From the NCBI GenBank assembly GCA_951406725.2, contig OX597814.1, positions 188,232,001 to 188,296,000 of the forward strand: DNA of 64,000 nucleotides, in the 5' to 3' direction. A program made the position numbers and the translations under genes. This stretch comes from Octopus vulgaris. Lineage: Eukaryota. Below are positions 11,991-24,608 of this stretch, piece after piece (position 1 is the first letter of the stretch; the number at the start of each line of letters is the position of its first letter). The notes beneath the pieces are model-generated. The model did no database searches. It was not told the origin of the DNA and saw only the letters and a program-made list of their open reading frames with translations.

Positions 11991-12430
11991 TAAAAACAAA
12001 TAAGTACCATTAAATTCTCCACATTCGAACTGAGATGCTTCAGCAGAAATCTTGACAGGACTACTGAGCCAACCAGTCTGTCTTAGAACAACATAATACC
12101 TTCGCCAGAAAGACTCATAGAAGAAACAGGATGAAGAAAAATGTAGGGATTCAGTCAAATCACTGGAATGACTGGGCCGTTCAGACATAGATTCATGTTT
12201 CGGAAAGCATAAAGAGAGAAAAAGAAGAAAAACGTGAACACAATCACCAGCAAATATTTAACCTCATATCTATCGGGGAACATACGGGTGTAATAACTAA
12301 CACACCAAAGAGAATCTTGATGACTTTAAGCCGTCTTACCAGAAACATTTATCTGTAAAAGCTAGATGTGAATAAAGTGGTTTTATATGAAGAATTAAAA
12401 AAAGTAACTGGAATCATACACAGGTACATA

Positions 12431-12472
<42 letters not shown>

Positions 12473-12732
12473 TACATACGTACATACATACATACATAAT
12501 AAATAAATACATACATACATACACACTTACAAACGTAGGAGCGACAAGTCTCGCATTTGGCGTGGGAGACTATTTATCGAAAATACGATGAATACTATCA
12601 CCAACTTTGGAGCCACAACTATCAGCCTTGTTAAATAACTGGTTAATTTTCAGATGAAGTAACTGAGGGGGGAACCTTTTATTCACGATCGTAGTGATTT
12701 TCAACTGAAACTTGAATTTAGTATGCAGAGAG

Positions 12733-12770
<38 letters not shown>

Positions 12771-12772
<2 letters not shown>

Positions 12773-13289
12773 GGAAAGGGATAAGTTAAGTTCAATTCTC
12801 TTTCTCTTGTTGCTCACACGTGACCATCGTCCATCTTTCTTTTCCTGCACGAACGTTTAGAAGAACGGACGTGTTTTCTCCCTAGCTTCTCTTTCCTCTT
12901 TTCAAAAAAGAAAAAAGAGAAAAATGTTTCTCCCAGCTTTCACTATTTTCCTCTCGTTCTGGTCTAACAACTCTTCCTGTTTGTTTTCGTTCAAATTCCT
13001 TGTATGTCTCCACTATCATTTTTATTCTCAAATTTGACCCTCCATAAATCATAAATTTTATTTTAGAATTTATGAGAGCAACTGTCTTTGAAGACTCATA
13101 TTGTCGTTGAATTCTCGAAAGGAGGAGTAGATAGACAGCCGACAGCTGATGAAGAGTCATTTCACTGTGTTTACTTGTCCTGTTTTCCATTTTTTCTCGT
13201 TGTCTACGTATTTTACTCGTTTTTCTTTCGTTTTTTTAAACTCATTTCATGTTATTTGCACCGTTGGTGACGTCCTATACCCATATATG

Positions 13290-13290
<1 letters not shown>
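12771..13290 (+). mobile_element. (TA)n-embedded element, family B (CUGAUGA motif)
   Basis: Bounded by (TA)n; ends GTCCTATACCCATATATG like 20711 and 44195. Confidence 0.6.
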
Positions 13291-13377
<87 letters not shown>

Positions 13378-13379
<2 letters not shown>

Positions 13380-13849
13380 AAATAGAAAGATGAATAATCT
13401 TGTAGCAGATTAATCAAAAGTTTAACCGATACCTTGGTAGCAAAAATCACAGCAGAAGACAGCACGGTTGGAGGTACAACCATATGGTGTTGCAACCGTG
13501 CGTTGGTGCGGATAATTGAAATTATAATATTATTGGTGAATTGAAGAAATGGAGCTGAACGAAGATTGAACAGAAATCGTTTTATTTCATTCTACACGTG
13601 TTTCGAAAGGCACAATTTACCAAAATCCGATTGAATAATGAGACCATATTGTGTCTTTCTCTTCAGGTAGAAATAGGAAATCTGTTTTTGTTTTTTCCAA
13701 CGGATTTCCTATTTCTTCCTGAAGAGAAAGACACAATATGGTCTCATTATTCAATCGGATTTTGGTAAATTGTGCCTTTCGAAACACGTGTAGAATGAAA
13801 TAAAACGATTTCTGTTCAATCTTCGTTCAGCTCCATTTCTTCAATTCAC

Positions 13850-13858
<9 letters not shown>
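13378..13858. mobile_element. (TA)n-embedded Penelope-like element with ~160 bp fold-back
   Basis: 13527-13686 is a near-perfect reverse complement of 13699-13858. Confidence 0.75.
13710..13802 (+). ncRNA. Type-I hammerhead ribozyme candidate
   Basis: UAUUUC-UUC / CUGAAGA / stem II GAAAGACACAAU..AUUGUGCCUUUC / GAAA / CACGUG / UA / GAA-U-GAAAUA; mirror copy on minus strand at 13583-13675. Confidence 0.65.
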
Positions 13859-13890
<32 letters not shown>

Positions 13891-13894
13891 AATG

Positions 13895-14281
13895 GAATGG
13901 AAGCACTCCGTCGGTTACGACGACGAGGGTTCCGGTTGATCCGAATCAACGGAACAGCCTGCTCGTGAAATTAACGTGTAAGTGGTTGAGCACTCCACAG
14001 ACACGTGTACCCTTAACGTAGTTCTCGGGGATATTCAGCGTGGCACAAAGAGTGACAAGGCCGGCCCTTTGAAATACAGGTACAACAGAAACAGGAAGTA
14101 AGAGTGAGAGAAAGCTGTGGTGAAAGAGTACAGCAGGGATCACCACCATTCCCTGCCGGAGCCTCGTGGAGCTTTAGGTATTTTCGCTCAATAAACACTC
14201 ACAACGCCCGGTCTGGGAATCGAAACCGCGATCCTACGACCGCGAGTCCGCTGCCCTAACCACTGGGCCATTGCACCTCCA
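13895..14281 (-). mobile_element. SINE S2 full length
   Basis: Near-identical to 8059-8441. Confidence 0.92.
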
Positions 14282-14320
14282 CTAAGATTCAGTTGGCTTT
14301 ATCTATAACCATATCCCACA

Positions 14321-14370
<50 letters not shown>

Positions 14371-14541
14371 ATATACTATAGATACACACACACACATGCG
14401 CGTACACACACACTCTCTCTCTCAAACGCACACGTACATGCACACATATGCAGATATACATACTTACGCACACCTACAGGCATATATATAAATGTATGTA
14501 TTGTGGGATATGGTTATAGATAAAGCCAACTGAATCTTAGT
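14281..14541. repeat. 47 bp perfect inverted repeat flanking a microsatellite spacer
   Basis: 14281-14327 vs 14495-14541. Confidence 0.85.
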
Positions 14542-14988
14542 ATAACAAGAACAAACTGCTTGCTCCGCATCGTTAAAAGCTCGCTAGAGATTCCTTGTAT
14601 CTGAAAAAGTTGCAATCGAGAAAGCAGCCAATTCATTAGAACTTTGGGGAATTAAACATTTTTTCCTTTATTATTCTCACAGGATATAGTAAAGCCAACC
14701 ATATTGCAACTTGAAGCTATTATTACAAGTCTGTATCAGTTAAGCTTTAGAAATAGTATGATGGTATATATGCTGTTATTTTTATGATGGATTAGAACTT
14801 GAATAGCGATATTAAATGTGAAAAGTGCCAACCACTTGAGCTGAAGTTATAAAAAAAGTTATTCGCTAATCAGAAACATATGTAATATATGTATGACTGT
14901 ACTTACTCTTATGTGACTTATGGACAAATCATACTCAGACGTTCGCACATAATTACACATACGCACGTATATAATATTTATACATGAG

Positions 14989-15035
<47 letters not shown>

Positions 15036-15039
15036 TTAT

Positions 15040-15525
15040 TGATGGCAATATTGATGGAAATTATGGAAATCTGGACACAGAAATACATCTGCGAATTCAA
15101 AGGGCAGCACAAGCATTTGATAGTTCGGAGTCACACGTTTGGCACCAGCGACATATAAATAACTACACAAAATTGGCTCTTTACAAAACGTTTGTCTTAC
15201 CATCTTTGTAATTCTTCTGAAACATGGATGTATTATGAAAGATATTTGAAATTGTTAGAACGATTCCACCAAAAATGCCTTCGTCGCATTTTAAACATTA
15301 AATGTGCCTTTTTTTTTACTCCAGACATAGATGTTTTTGAGTCTGTAGGCACCACTTCAATTAAATCAATGATTCTGAAAAATCAAACGAGATGGCCTGG
15401 CCATATTATTCGAATGGCAGATGAACGCACACCCAAACAGCTGTTTTATGGCGAGCTTGCAGAAGGGAAACGCAATCGGTGCAAACCTAAAAAGAGGTTT
15501 AAGGACGGCATGACTACCATGAAGT
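15040..15525 (+). mobile_element. RTE-clade LINE C-terminal fragment
   Basis: EIHLRIQRAAQAF...TKLALYK..VLPSL, SETW..LERFHQKCLRRIL, RWPGHIIRMADERTPKQLFYGEL. Confidence 0.9.
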
Positions 15526-15529
15526 TCAA

Positions 15530-16060
15530 TGAAAAAGTCAACAATATCAAGTAACTTGCCCTTAACGAAACTTTTAGAGGGAGTTTTAAGTAGCACCACG
15601 TGCAGGTTCATACTTTACAACTGTTTTTTTCAAGTTGATGGTCAAGCCAAGATCATCACAAGCAACGTCAAATGCAGATACAAGAGACTGCAGGCTCGTT
15701 TCAGAGTGACTGACTAGATCGCAATCGTCAGTGTATAAGAGTTCCTTAATAAGTGAAGTAAAAATATTTGCAAAGTATATTGCAAAGCGGGTGAGTGCAT
15801 CAAGGTCTCCTTGCTTTACTCCATTTTCCATGGCAAAAAATTCAGAGAGCCTACCACTAAAATTAACTCTAACCTTCATATCTTGATGCAAAGCCCTGAT
15901 CATGTTCACAAATTTTCCTGAGCAACCCATTTTCCTTAGAATTAGCCACAGAGTATTTCGATTAACAGTATCGAATGCCTTGCTTAAATCAACAAAGCAA
16001 TGGTGTAGGAAAAGATTCTGCTCAATGCACTTTTCCTGAAATTGTCTGTAAATTTTGGAA
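15530..16060 (-). mobile_element. RTE-clade LINE RT fragment
   Basis: FVDLSKAFDTVNR, NGVKQGD, LLYTDDC, GLTINLKKT. Confidence 0.9.
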
Positions 16061-16200
16061 CTATGAAGGCATTTAAACGTTCTAACAGAATATGGGCAAG
16101 TATCTTTCAAACTACAAACAAAAGCGAAATCCCACGAAAATGACCACACATCGAATAAATATAAGATGGCGACAATTTACCCATCGCACCCTGTATATAC

Positions 16201-16284
<84 letters not shown>

Positions 16285-16295
16285 ATATATATACA

Positions 16296-16582
16296 TATTT
16301 CGTTTTTGGATTTGGTTTGCAAGATTCTTTATATGAGTTCGTGTGTTGAAGCATATTCTATTGTGTTTGGGGAGAGTCATTTTCTTTTTGTGCCTTATAA
16401 TGTAACACACTCACCGGTAAGATTTCCACGTTTTTCTTATTTTTATTTTCTTATTGAAAAGGTTGCCAGACGCAACGAAAATTTTAGGAAAATAAGAATA
16501 GGAAAAGCGTGGAAATGTTACCGGTGAGTGTGTTACATTATAAGGCACAAAAGGAAAATGACTCTCCCCAGACACAATAGCA
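16296..16582. mobile_element. (TA)n-embedded fold-back element
   Basis: 16358-16452 inverted at about 16486-16580. Confidence 0.7.
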
Positions 16583-16608
16583 TATATATATATATATATA
16601 TATATATA

Positions 16609-17093
16609 CTTTTATTCTTTTATTATCTTATTCGTTTACCTGTTTCAGTCATTTGACTGCGACCATGCTGGAGCACTGCCTTTAGTTGAACGAATCGACC
16701 CCAGGACTTATTCCCTGTGCGCTTAGTACTTATTCTATCGGTCACTTTCACCGAACCACTATTTTACAGGCACGTAAACAAACCAACAACGGTTGTCAAG
16801 CGATGGTGGGAGGGCAAACACAGACATACAAACACACACACAGATACACACACACGCATGCACACACACACGCACACACACATATATATATACATATACA
16901 TATATACAACAGGCACATACATACACATATACATATATATATACGAGGAGCTTCTTTCAGTTTCCGTCTAACAAATCAACTCACATTGGTCGGTCTGAGG
17001 CTATAGCCGAAGACACTCGCCCAACGTACCACGGAGTGGTACTGAACCCGGAAACACGTGCTTTGGAAGCAAGCCTCTTACCATACAACCACG
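16609..17093 (-). mobile_element. SINE S1, diverged
   Basis: Reverse complement of S1 head, internal microsatellite and tail. Confidence 0.85.
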
Positions 17094-17271
17094 CATATAT
17101 ATACATATATATATACATATATATTGGTCAGGATGTCGCACTTACGATGCTAGATCATAAGAATGGCATTTCTGTTAATTTTTGCACTTTAATAATTAGA
17201 TGTTTACAAATGATAGATATTTATAAATCTGTATGTGTGTATGTGCGCGCATGTTGTGTGTGTGTGTGTGT

Positions 17272-17322
<51 letters not shown>

Positions 17323-17726
17323 CTCTGAATCCATGCTCCGCACACTACTCTTTTACACACACACTCACACATACACACATACACACATATGTTTCAGATT
17401 AACGAATAATTTGTCTTGAAACTTCAGCTCAAGTGGTTGGCACTTTTCACATCTAATATTGCTATTCAAGATATTCTCTTACGCCTAAAAACGCAGACGA
17501 CCCACGAACTAATAACACATACACCTTCCCTACGTATGTTCGAGCTGCTTCTTTTCCGTGGCATGAAACATTGGGACATGCCAGCAGATGGCTTTTAAAC
17601 TATTTAGCATATAGCCGTAACCGGCGATATAGTTTGCTGCAGGCCTAGTTCAGTACGTAGCATTGAAAAGTAACACCAATGATTAAACATCGATGTCTGT
17701 CGCTCCGATTCTGTTTATAAGTACAC

Positions 17727-17856
<130 letters not shown>

Positions 17857-18047
17857 GTGAGCACCGCCAGCAATTTTTTTCCTCTATCTTCCCTTCTCGG
17901 GATCTTTCCTTCTCCTTTGTTTCCGACGAAGAGCTCCGCTCGAAACGTTAAACACTCCTTCCCTTCTTTCCTGAGCGTCCAATATTACTTTATTTGTTCC
18001 ACGTCCTCGCGTTGCTGTGTTTTTTTTTTGTTTTCTTGTTTGGATTA

Positions 18048-18050
<3 letters not shown>
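17857..18050 (+). mobile_element. Microsatellite-embedded Penelope-like non-autonomous element, family C
   Basis: T-rich strand ending in (TA)n; carries hammerhead-like motif. Confidence 0.6.
17918..17954 (+). ncRNA. Minimal type-I hammerhead-like motif
   Basis: UGUUU-CCGACGAA-GAGC(UCC)GCUC-GAAA-CG-UU-AAACA. Confidence 0.55.
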
Positions 18051-18087
<37 letters not shown>

Positions 18088-18095
<8 letters not shown>

Positions 18096-18374
18096 TTTTG
18101 TATTTATATTCGTACAATTTATTTTTGTATTTATATTCGTGTGACATCGTCCGTTTTTCTGTCCTTGTTTCGTATACATTCGATCCTTTTTCCAAGAAAT
18201 CTAATGCTCGTAGCTTAGTGTTTCCTTGGGGCTGGCCAGATTGGAGCAATCTCAAGATTAATCAGCCGAAATTGCGAGGATGATCCGGTTCTTGACTGAA
18301 GATTAGAGGCTTCGAATGGCCCGTCCGTGTTTTTTGTATCGTCTATTTGAATGTTTTGCGTTCTTGTCCCATTT

Positions 18375-18377
<3 letters not shown>
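18088..18377 (+). mobile_element. (TA)n-embedded non-coding element
   Basis: Discrete T-rich block between two (TA)n tracts; contains CTGAAGA and a GGCTG..CAGCC-GAAA stem. Confidence 0.45.
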
Positions 18378-18437
<60 letters not shown>

Positions 18438-18909
18438 CTTATAAAATAAGGGCAAAAGAAAAATTCTAATGCCAAATATGCCGAAAAAAAAGACAAAATT
18501 GTCAATAACCATTATAATTTATGCGTCTCGAAACAAGCCGATAGAAATTTCTAAAAAATCCGTTATTACCGTATTGGTCCCAATTTCGGGGTTAATTCAT
18601 AAGAACTTATGAGGTGCAGCATGAGCGTATGTCCAGTTTGGTTCATTTCACTTTCTGAAAAATACACTTTTTTAAATGAAATTTTGCAGAGATAGGTTAT
18701 CAATGAAGTAAGTTGCGATTATTTTGATAAGATTAAGAAAAATAATACAAATATACTCGAGAAATTTGTTTTATCTATGTTAAGTTAAATACTTTTCTTT
18801 TAAAAATTAATATTGCGTATAAGCACCAGAAATTTGATAAATCGCAAATATTCCGTATTTTCTGGCATAGCATACTTTTAAAGTCTGTCATCTGACGGGT
18901 AATACTGTA

Positions 18910-19082
<173 letters not shown>

Positions 19083-19735
19083 CTACTAAAATAGAGGATC
19101 TAAACAGGTGTTTGACAAAATAAATAAATAAATAAAATAAAATGATTAGCGTTATTTATAGTTACCGGAAGTTAAAATTTTCCAATATACAATATGGAGT
19201 AGATATCTTATCTTTGGTCTAGGGCATATTTAGATATGGTAGTGAACGTCGGGTTAGCATAGTTTATCAGCCAATCTTATGAAATGCAGAATATAATTAG
19301 CGAGACGAATATGCGTCATAGCTGACTGAGATTGTCTTCGTGAGGCTATATAAACCTTAAAATCCTCTAATGTGTAAAGAATAAAGTGTCAAGAATTTAT
19401 GCTAATTCAGGAGTGTAAACTATATATTAGATATACTTGGTCTCCGTATCTTGTATATTAGTATAGATGAAGACGAGTTTATCATAAAGATGCTTCAAAC
19501 AAAATTGAAGTGTGTGAGAGAGTGTGTGTGTGTGTATGCGTGTGTGTGTGTATGCGTGTACGTGCGTGTGGATGTGTTCTCATGTATATATGCATGTATG
19601 GTTATTGAATGTTTATATGTATATATATATATATATATATACACATGCGTTATATCCGCCCGGATTCTCACGTGCACATATGTACATGGCATACATACAT
19701 AAATACATTCACACACACACACGCGCACACACACA

Positions 19736-19784
<49 letters not shown>

Positions 19785-20304
19785 TGCCGCCAAAAAACAC
19801 ATAAAAAAAATCGCAATCTTTTCTAGAATTCTAACATCCTACAATATACCTTTCTACACACATTCTACATTTCACTCACCGGCAGTAATCGACGTAACTT
19901 TCGTAATTTTTCTAACCAGTAAAAGAAGATATGCAAATCGTCACGTTCACCACAGTCTTCCTCGAAACCACCATTAATATGAATAATACAGAAAATTATA
20001 TAACTACGTATATCTCTTCCCGAATTTTTTTGTCTGTCTGTCTGTCTCATTCCTGTTTCTGTGTGTACACACAGACATAGCCACACACACACAGACACAC
20101 ACAAACATACTGACGTACACACACATATTTCTTATTTTGTTCATACGTATATATCTGCATATTTTAATCTATGTACCTCACACACACACACACACACATG
20201 CACACACACATATATATATCCACGCATACGCTTAAACATAAACATATGTGCATATGTGTATATATGTGTGTATGTGTGTGTGTATGTATATATATTTGTT
20301 ACAT

Positions 20305-20640
20305 ATCTTTTTTCCCCACTTTTTTCAGTCATTAGCCTGCAGCCATGGTGAGGCACCACCTTTAAGAATCTTTTGTCGAAAGAATCGCTCCCAGTACTTA
20401 TTTGTTTAAAGGGTCGTACTTGTTTTATCGGTCGCTTTGGCTAAACCGCTACTTTACAGGGATGTAAACACAACAACACCGACTGTCAAACGGTGATGGA
20501 GGACCAACATACTACAAAGACACACACACACACGCGCACATACATACGACATGCTTCTTTCTGTTTCTGTTTACCAAATCCTCTCACAAAGCTTTGGTTG
20601 GCACAAGGCTATAGTAGAAACACTTGCCCAAGATTTCAAG

Positions 20641-20643
<3 letters not shown>
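20305..20643 (-). mobile_element. SINE S1, diverged/partial
   Basis: Similarity to S1 reverse complement. Confidence 0.75.
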
Positions 20644-20678
<35 letters not shown>

Positions 20679-20710
20679 CCTCTGCAAAAAATCCCAAATT
20701 TTATTTAATT

Positions 20711-20945
20711 TGCTTTGCGGGAAGGACTATTTCAACGAAGTCGCATCTTGCCCTTACCTTCCAAACGCGGAGTAGACGGAACAGGGACAACTGAAGAAGG
20801 GGAATATTCCTTGTGTTCTATGTCTTGTATTCTGTTTTTTTCGTTGTTTGAAAAAAAATTCGTTTCCATGTTTTTGATTTTTATGTTTTCGTTTCTCATT
20901 GTGTTCAACGATTTTTTGATGTCCTGTACCCATATATGCATATAT
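20711..20945 (+). mobile_element. (TA)n-associated element, family B
   Basis: Homologous over its length to 44195-44430. Confidence 0.75.
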
Positions 20946-21018
20946 ATATATACATATATATGTATGTATGTACATATATGTATGTATATATGCATATATT
21001 TATATATTATTTATATTA

Positions 21019-21067
<49 letters not shown>

Positions 21068-21658
21068 GCATGCATGTGTGCTTAATATATTTCAGCACAA
21101 ATTCACGCATTCAAACATACGTATCGTGTTATATACATTTATTTATGAGCAACAATCATTATATTGTATGCTTACGGACACAGCCATAAATATATACACA
21201 CATTGAAAAACCGAGAAATGGACGCGCATTCAGCGCAATTATGAAATTACATTTTATTACACGCTAAATATCAATTAAGATAATACAATTAAATTTATAT
21301 TTTTCTATATGAAAAAGAAATAATCTAGATTTGCAATCCAGCATAAATTCGAGAGGCAGCCACGGAAATAGTAGTACTGTCGATCCTCAGAAAAATTTCC
21401 AGAGGTTCAAAGAATAAGAGCATATGGGAAGTGTTGGATATAGATCACCAAGTGAATATTTGTTATTAAGTAGATTTAAGTCAGGTGAATAAGACTTAAG
21501 AAAGAGAGGTCATAGACTCAATGACATTATCTTCCTTATTACGTGTCTTGTAATATCTAAAAGTTTTAGGTAATCTGTGATTGCAATTGATTATACCTGC
21601 ATTCTGTATATTTAAGAAATGTTCTTCCAGCAGTATTTTCAAAATCGTTCGTGTGCAT

Positions 21659-21909
21659 CAGTGGTTCTCAAGCGGGGCCCACACGTCTCTTAGCAGGTCC
21701 ATATAAAATTTTGGTGTTAAAATTTATGTGTAATTAATTGGTTATACTTCTACAGTGCACAAAATATTTCAACAATATTTTATACAACCCTAATAACATT
21801 TGATTATATAAATATAAGATTTTTTTAAACATCAAATGGCTAAAAAGGTTCAGTTGAGTACAACAGTAATCAAAGGCGTCCATAGGTAAGAAGTGGTTGA
21901 GAATTATCG
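21659..21909. mobile_element. hAT (Charlie-like) MITE
   Basis: CAGTGGTTCTCAA / TTGAGAATTATCG termini; 8-bp duplication GTGTGCAT / GTGTACAT. Confidence 0.8.
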
Positions 21910-21945
21910 GTGTACATAAAACGATAGTCTCACCTATCTCACAGT

Positions 21946-22245
21946 TATTGTTTGTTCCTCCTCGAGCCATCCCTGGCTCATAGGGCCGGTGTCACGGTTT
22001 CCTTAGCGTATATAGTAACCATCTGGACGAAGTGCCGGTCCGTCGCAGGTGAGCTGCAAAAAAGTTGTGAACTGTAAGAAAGTTGTGGCGAAAGAGTCAG
22101 CAGAAGTTCACCATGACCTTCTGCCGGAGCCACGTGGAGCTTAGGTGTTTCGCTCATAAACACACACACCACCCGGTATGAGATTCGAACCCGCGATCCA
22201 TGGAGTGCAATTCCGCTGCTCTAACCACTAGGCCATGTGCCTCCA
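21946..22245 (-). mobile_element. SINE with S2-related tRNA head and different tail
   Basis: Minus head GGAGGCACATGGCCTAGTGG..GGTTCGAATC; flanking CACAG(T/C)TAT repeat. Confidence 0.8.
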
Positions 22246-22798
22246 CATTCCACAGCTATAGTATACTGGATGTGACAATACTTCATTCAAACATGAAAGT
22301 GCTACCATTAGAGTTCAAATCACAGACGCATTCGGCAATAAGATAGATCATCTAAGTTTTGGGTATGAAAATGAACAATGTGGCACATAAAAAATATTTT
22401 TAAAACGTAGCACCCTCGTAATATCTACATTAAGAGTCTTTCAACTACATCATAGGTATATTTTTGCCAAGATATATATTTATAGAACAAAGTTTGTCTC
22501 TGTGTACGTGCGTATGTTCCTTATGCATTCGAAAACCAAGTTACCGATTTTGACGTATGGGGTGTCAAAAGATTCAGTAATCTTTCAGCAACCGAGTAAA
22601 CTTTATTTTCATTTACATATTTGCATTACAAACCTTTAACATTATAATCTTTTTATAAGTCAACTATCGTAAACAACATTTTATACGACGACGACGTTAG
22701 ATTTTCTATATGAGTGTGTATGTGACTGTGAGAGTGTGTGTGTGTTTGTGTGTGCGTGTTTGCGCGTTCGTAACGTACGTTACGCCGGGACTGAAAAG

Positions 22799-23624
22799 TA
22801 CATGGTCTTGTCAATAAAACTATGTTGCCATATTAACGAAGCTAAAGCATACAGAGTGAAACTGCTTGGCACAGATTGATCTTCAACTCTGCTGTGCATG
22901 TGCACTAAGTTTAACGTTCCAACTCACTTCCGCTGTTTATAGCAGTGCTTGGAAGGAAGGCGTGTAGCGTGTGATCATTGCATTGAACATGACGGAGAAA
23001 GTTGAGCAGAGAAATCTGCATCAAGTTTTGGTAAAAGCTTGGCGATACCTGCTCAGAGTCCTATGTAAAGTTCTCAAAAAGTTTTAAAAGCAGTTTTGGC
23101 GCAAACTTGGCAGACATGCGTCTCATACCCAGATCTTCTATGATAATGAACTGAACTGAACCGTAACTAATCTGTACATCCTCTGATAACTCTCGGATGG
23201 TGATTCGACGATTTTCTGTCACTGCTGCACACGTATCTGCGATTTCTCGGTTCTGCTGGTTGCAGGTCTCCCAGAACGTTCGTCAATATCAACAATTTCC
23301 CGGCCATCTTCGAAACGTTTGAACCACTCGCATATTTACGTATGGTTCATACATTCTTCTGCATACACTTTTTACAACTTTGCGCAGGTCTCTGAGCAGG
23401 TATCGCCATGACAACTTTCTATGTCATGGTCAATGCGACGATCACACGCTATACACCTTCTTTACAGGCACTGCTGAAAACAGCAGAAGTGAGTTAGAAG
23501 ATTAAAACTGAGTGCGCATGCACACTAGTGTTCAAGGTCAATCTTTTCCACGCGGCTTGATTCTGCGTGCTTTAGCTTCGTTACTATAGCATCATTCAGA
23601 ATACCTATTGATCAGACCTCGTAT
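22799..23624. mobile_element. Mariner remnant made of two inverted 5' halves
   Basis: Plus: MTEKVEQR..IKF..KLGDTCSE; minus: EWFKRFEDGRE..DERSGRP..ENRRITIREL..LGMRRMSAKFAPKLL; TA-flanked termini. Confidence 0.85.
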
Positions 23625-24309
23625 ATGTGTGTGAGTGTATGCGCGGGTGCATGTATGTGTCACTATACACGCATTTTTGCGACGCACACGCACACACATC
23701 TAAAGACAGAGACACACACACACAGAGGGACAGAGACAGGTCTGAGGTGTGCTTGAATGTATGTATATCTGTGAGTGTCTGTCTTGGTATATGTATATGA
23801 GTGTATCAGAGTGTATGTGTATGGGAGTGTATGAGTAAGAATTATTATACGTCAGGCCTCAGACAATTAAACACACACACACACATCTACACATACATAT
23901 ACATATGTGTATTAGTGTGTCCTCATGCATTCGGAAAGTTGGTTGCTGATTTTGACGTATGGGGAATCAAAAGATTCAGTAATTTTCGGCTACCAAATGA
24001 AATTTTTTCATTTACCTATTTGCATTACAAAAGTTTAACATTACAATCTTTCTGTAAGTCAATTATCGTAAACAACATTTTATACGACGATGACGACGAC
24101 GATGTCAGATTTCCTATATGAGTGTGTATGTGTCTGTGAGTGTGTGTGCTTGCACGTTCGTTACGTACGTTAGGCCGGTGATTGAGAGTGCATGTGAACA
24201 GCAGTAACCCCGGTACGTCAAGATCACCAGCTCTCTTCCACACGTACATACAAACTCTCTTATACACACGCACGTGCACCTTCGTTTTGGGATCACCACT
24301 ACTTTAGTA

Positions 24310-24544
24310 TCTCCTCTTCTCCCTAGCTCTCTTGTGTGACCCTTCTGTCCGGGATTCGCCATGATAGATCGCTAGCCACTACACATTCTTTATTTTCTCT
24401 CTTTGTTTCTGTTTGTGTTCCTTTCTGTGGAAGAGCGTAGGCTCGAAACGTTAAGGACTTTTCCCCTTCTCGAGCGTTATACTACTACATCTGTTTGTTG
24501 TCTACACCACCTGTCTTCGTCTTTTGTCTTTTTGTGAATTCTCC

Positions 24545-24546
<2 letters not shown>
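24310..24546 (+). mobile_element. Family A Penelope-like non-autonomous element with hammerhead-like motif (24420-24456)
   Basis: CTTT-CTGTGGAA-GAGCGTAGGCTC-GAAACGTT-AAGG; ends in (TA)n. Confidence 0.7.

Positions 24547-24608
<62 letters not shown>

Noticed and set aside
13146-13180. SECIS element or C/D box snoRNA
   Set aside because: No 3' GA partner for a SECIS quartet and no suitably placed D box or terminal stem
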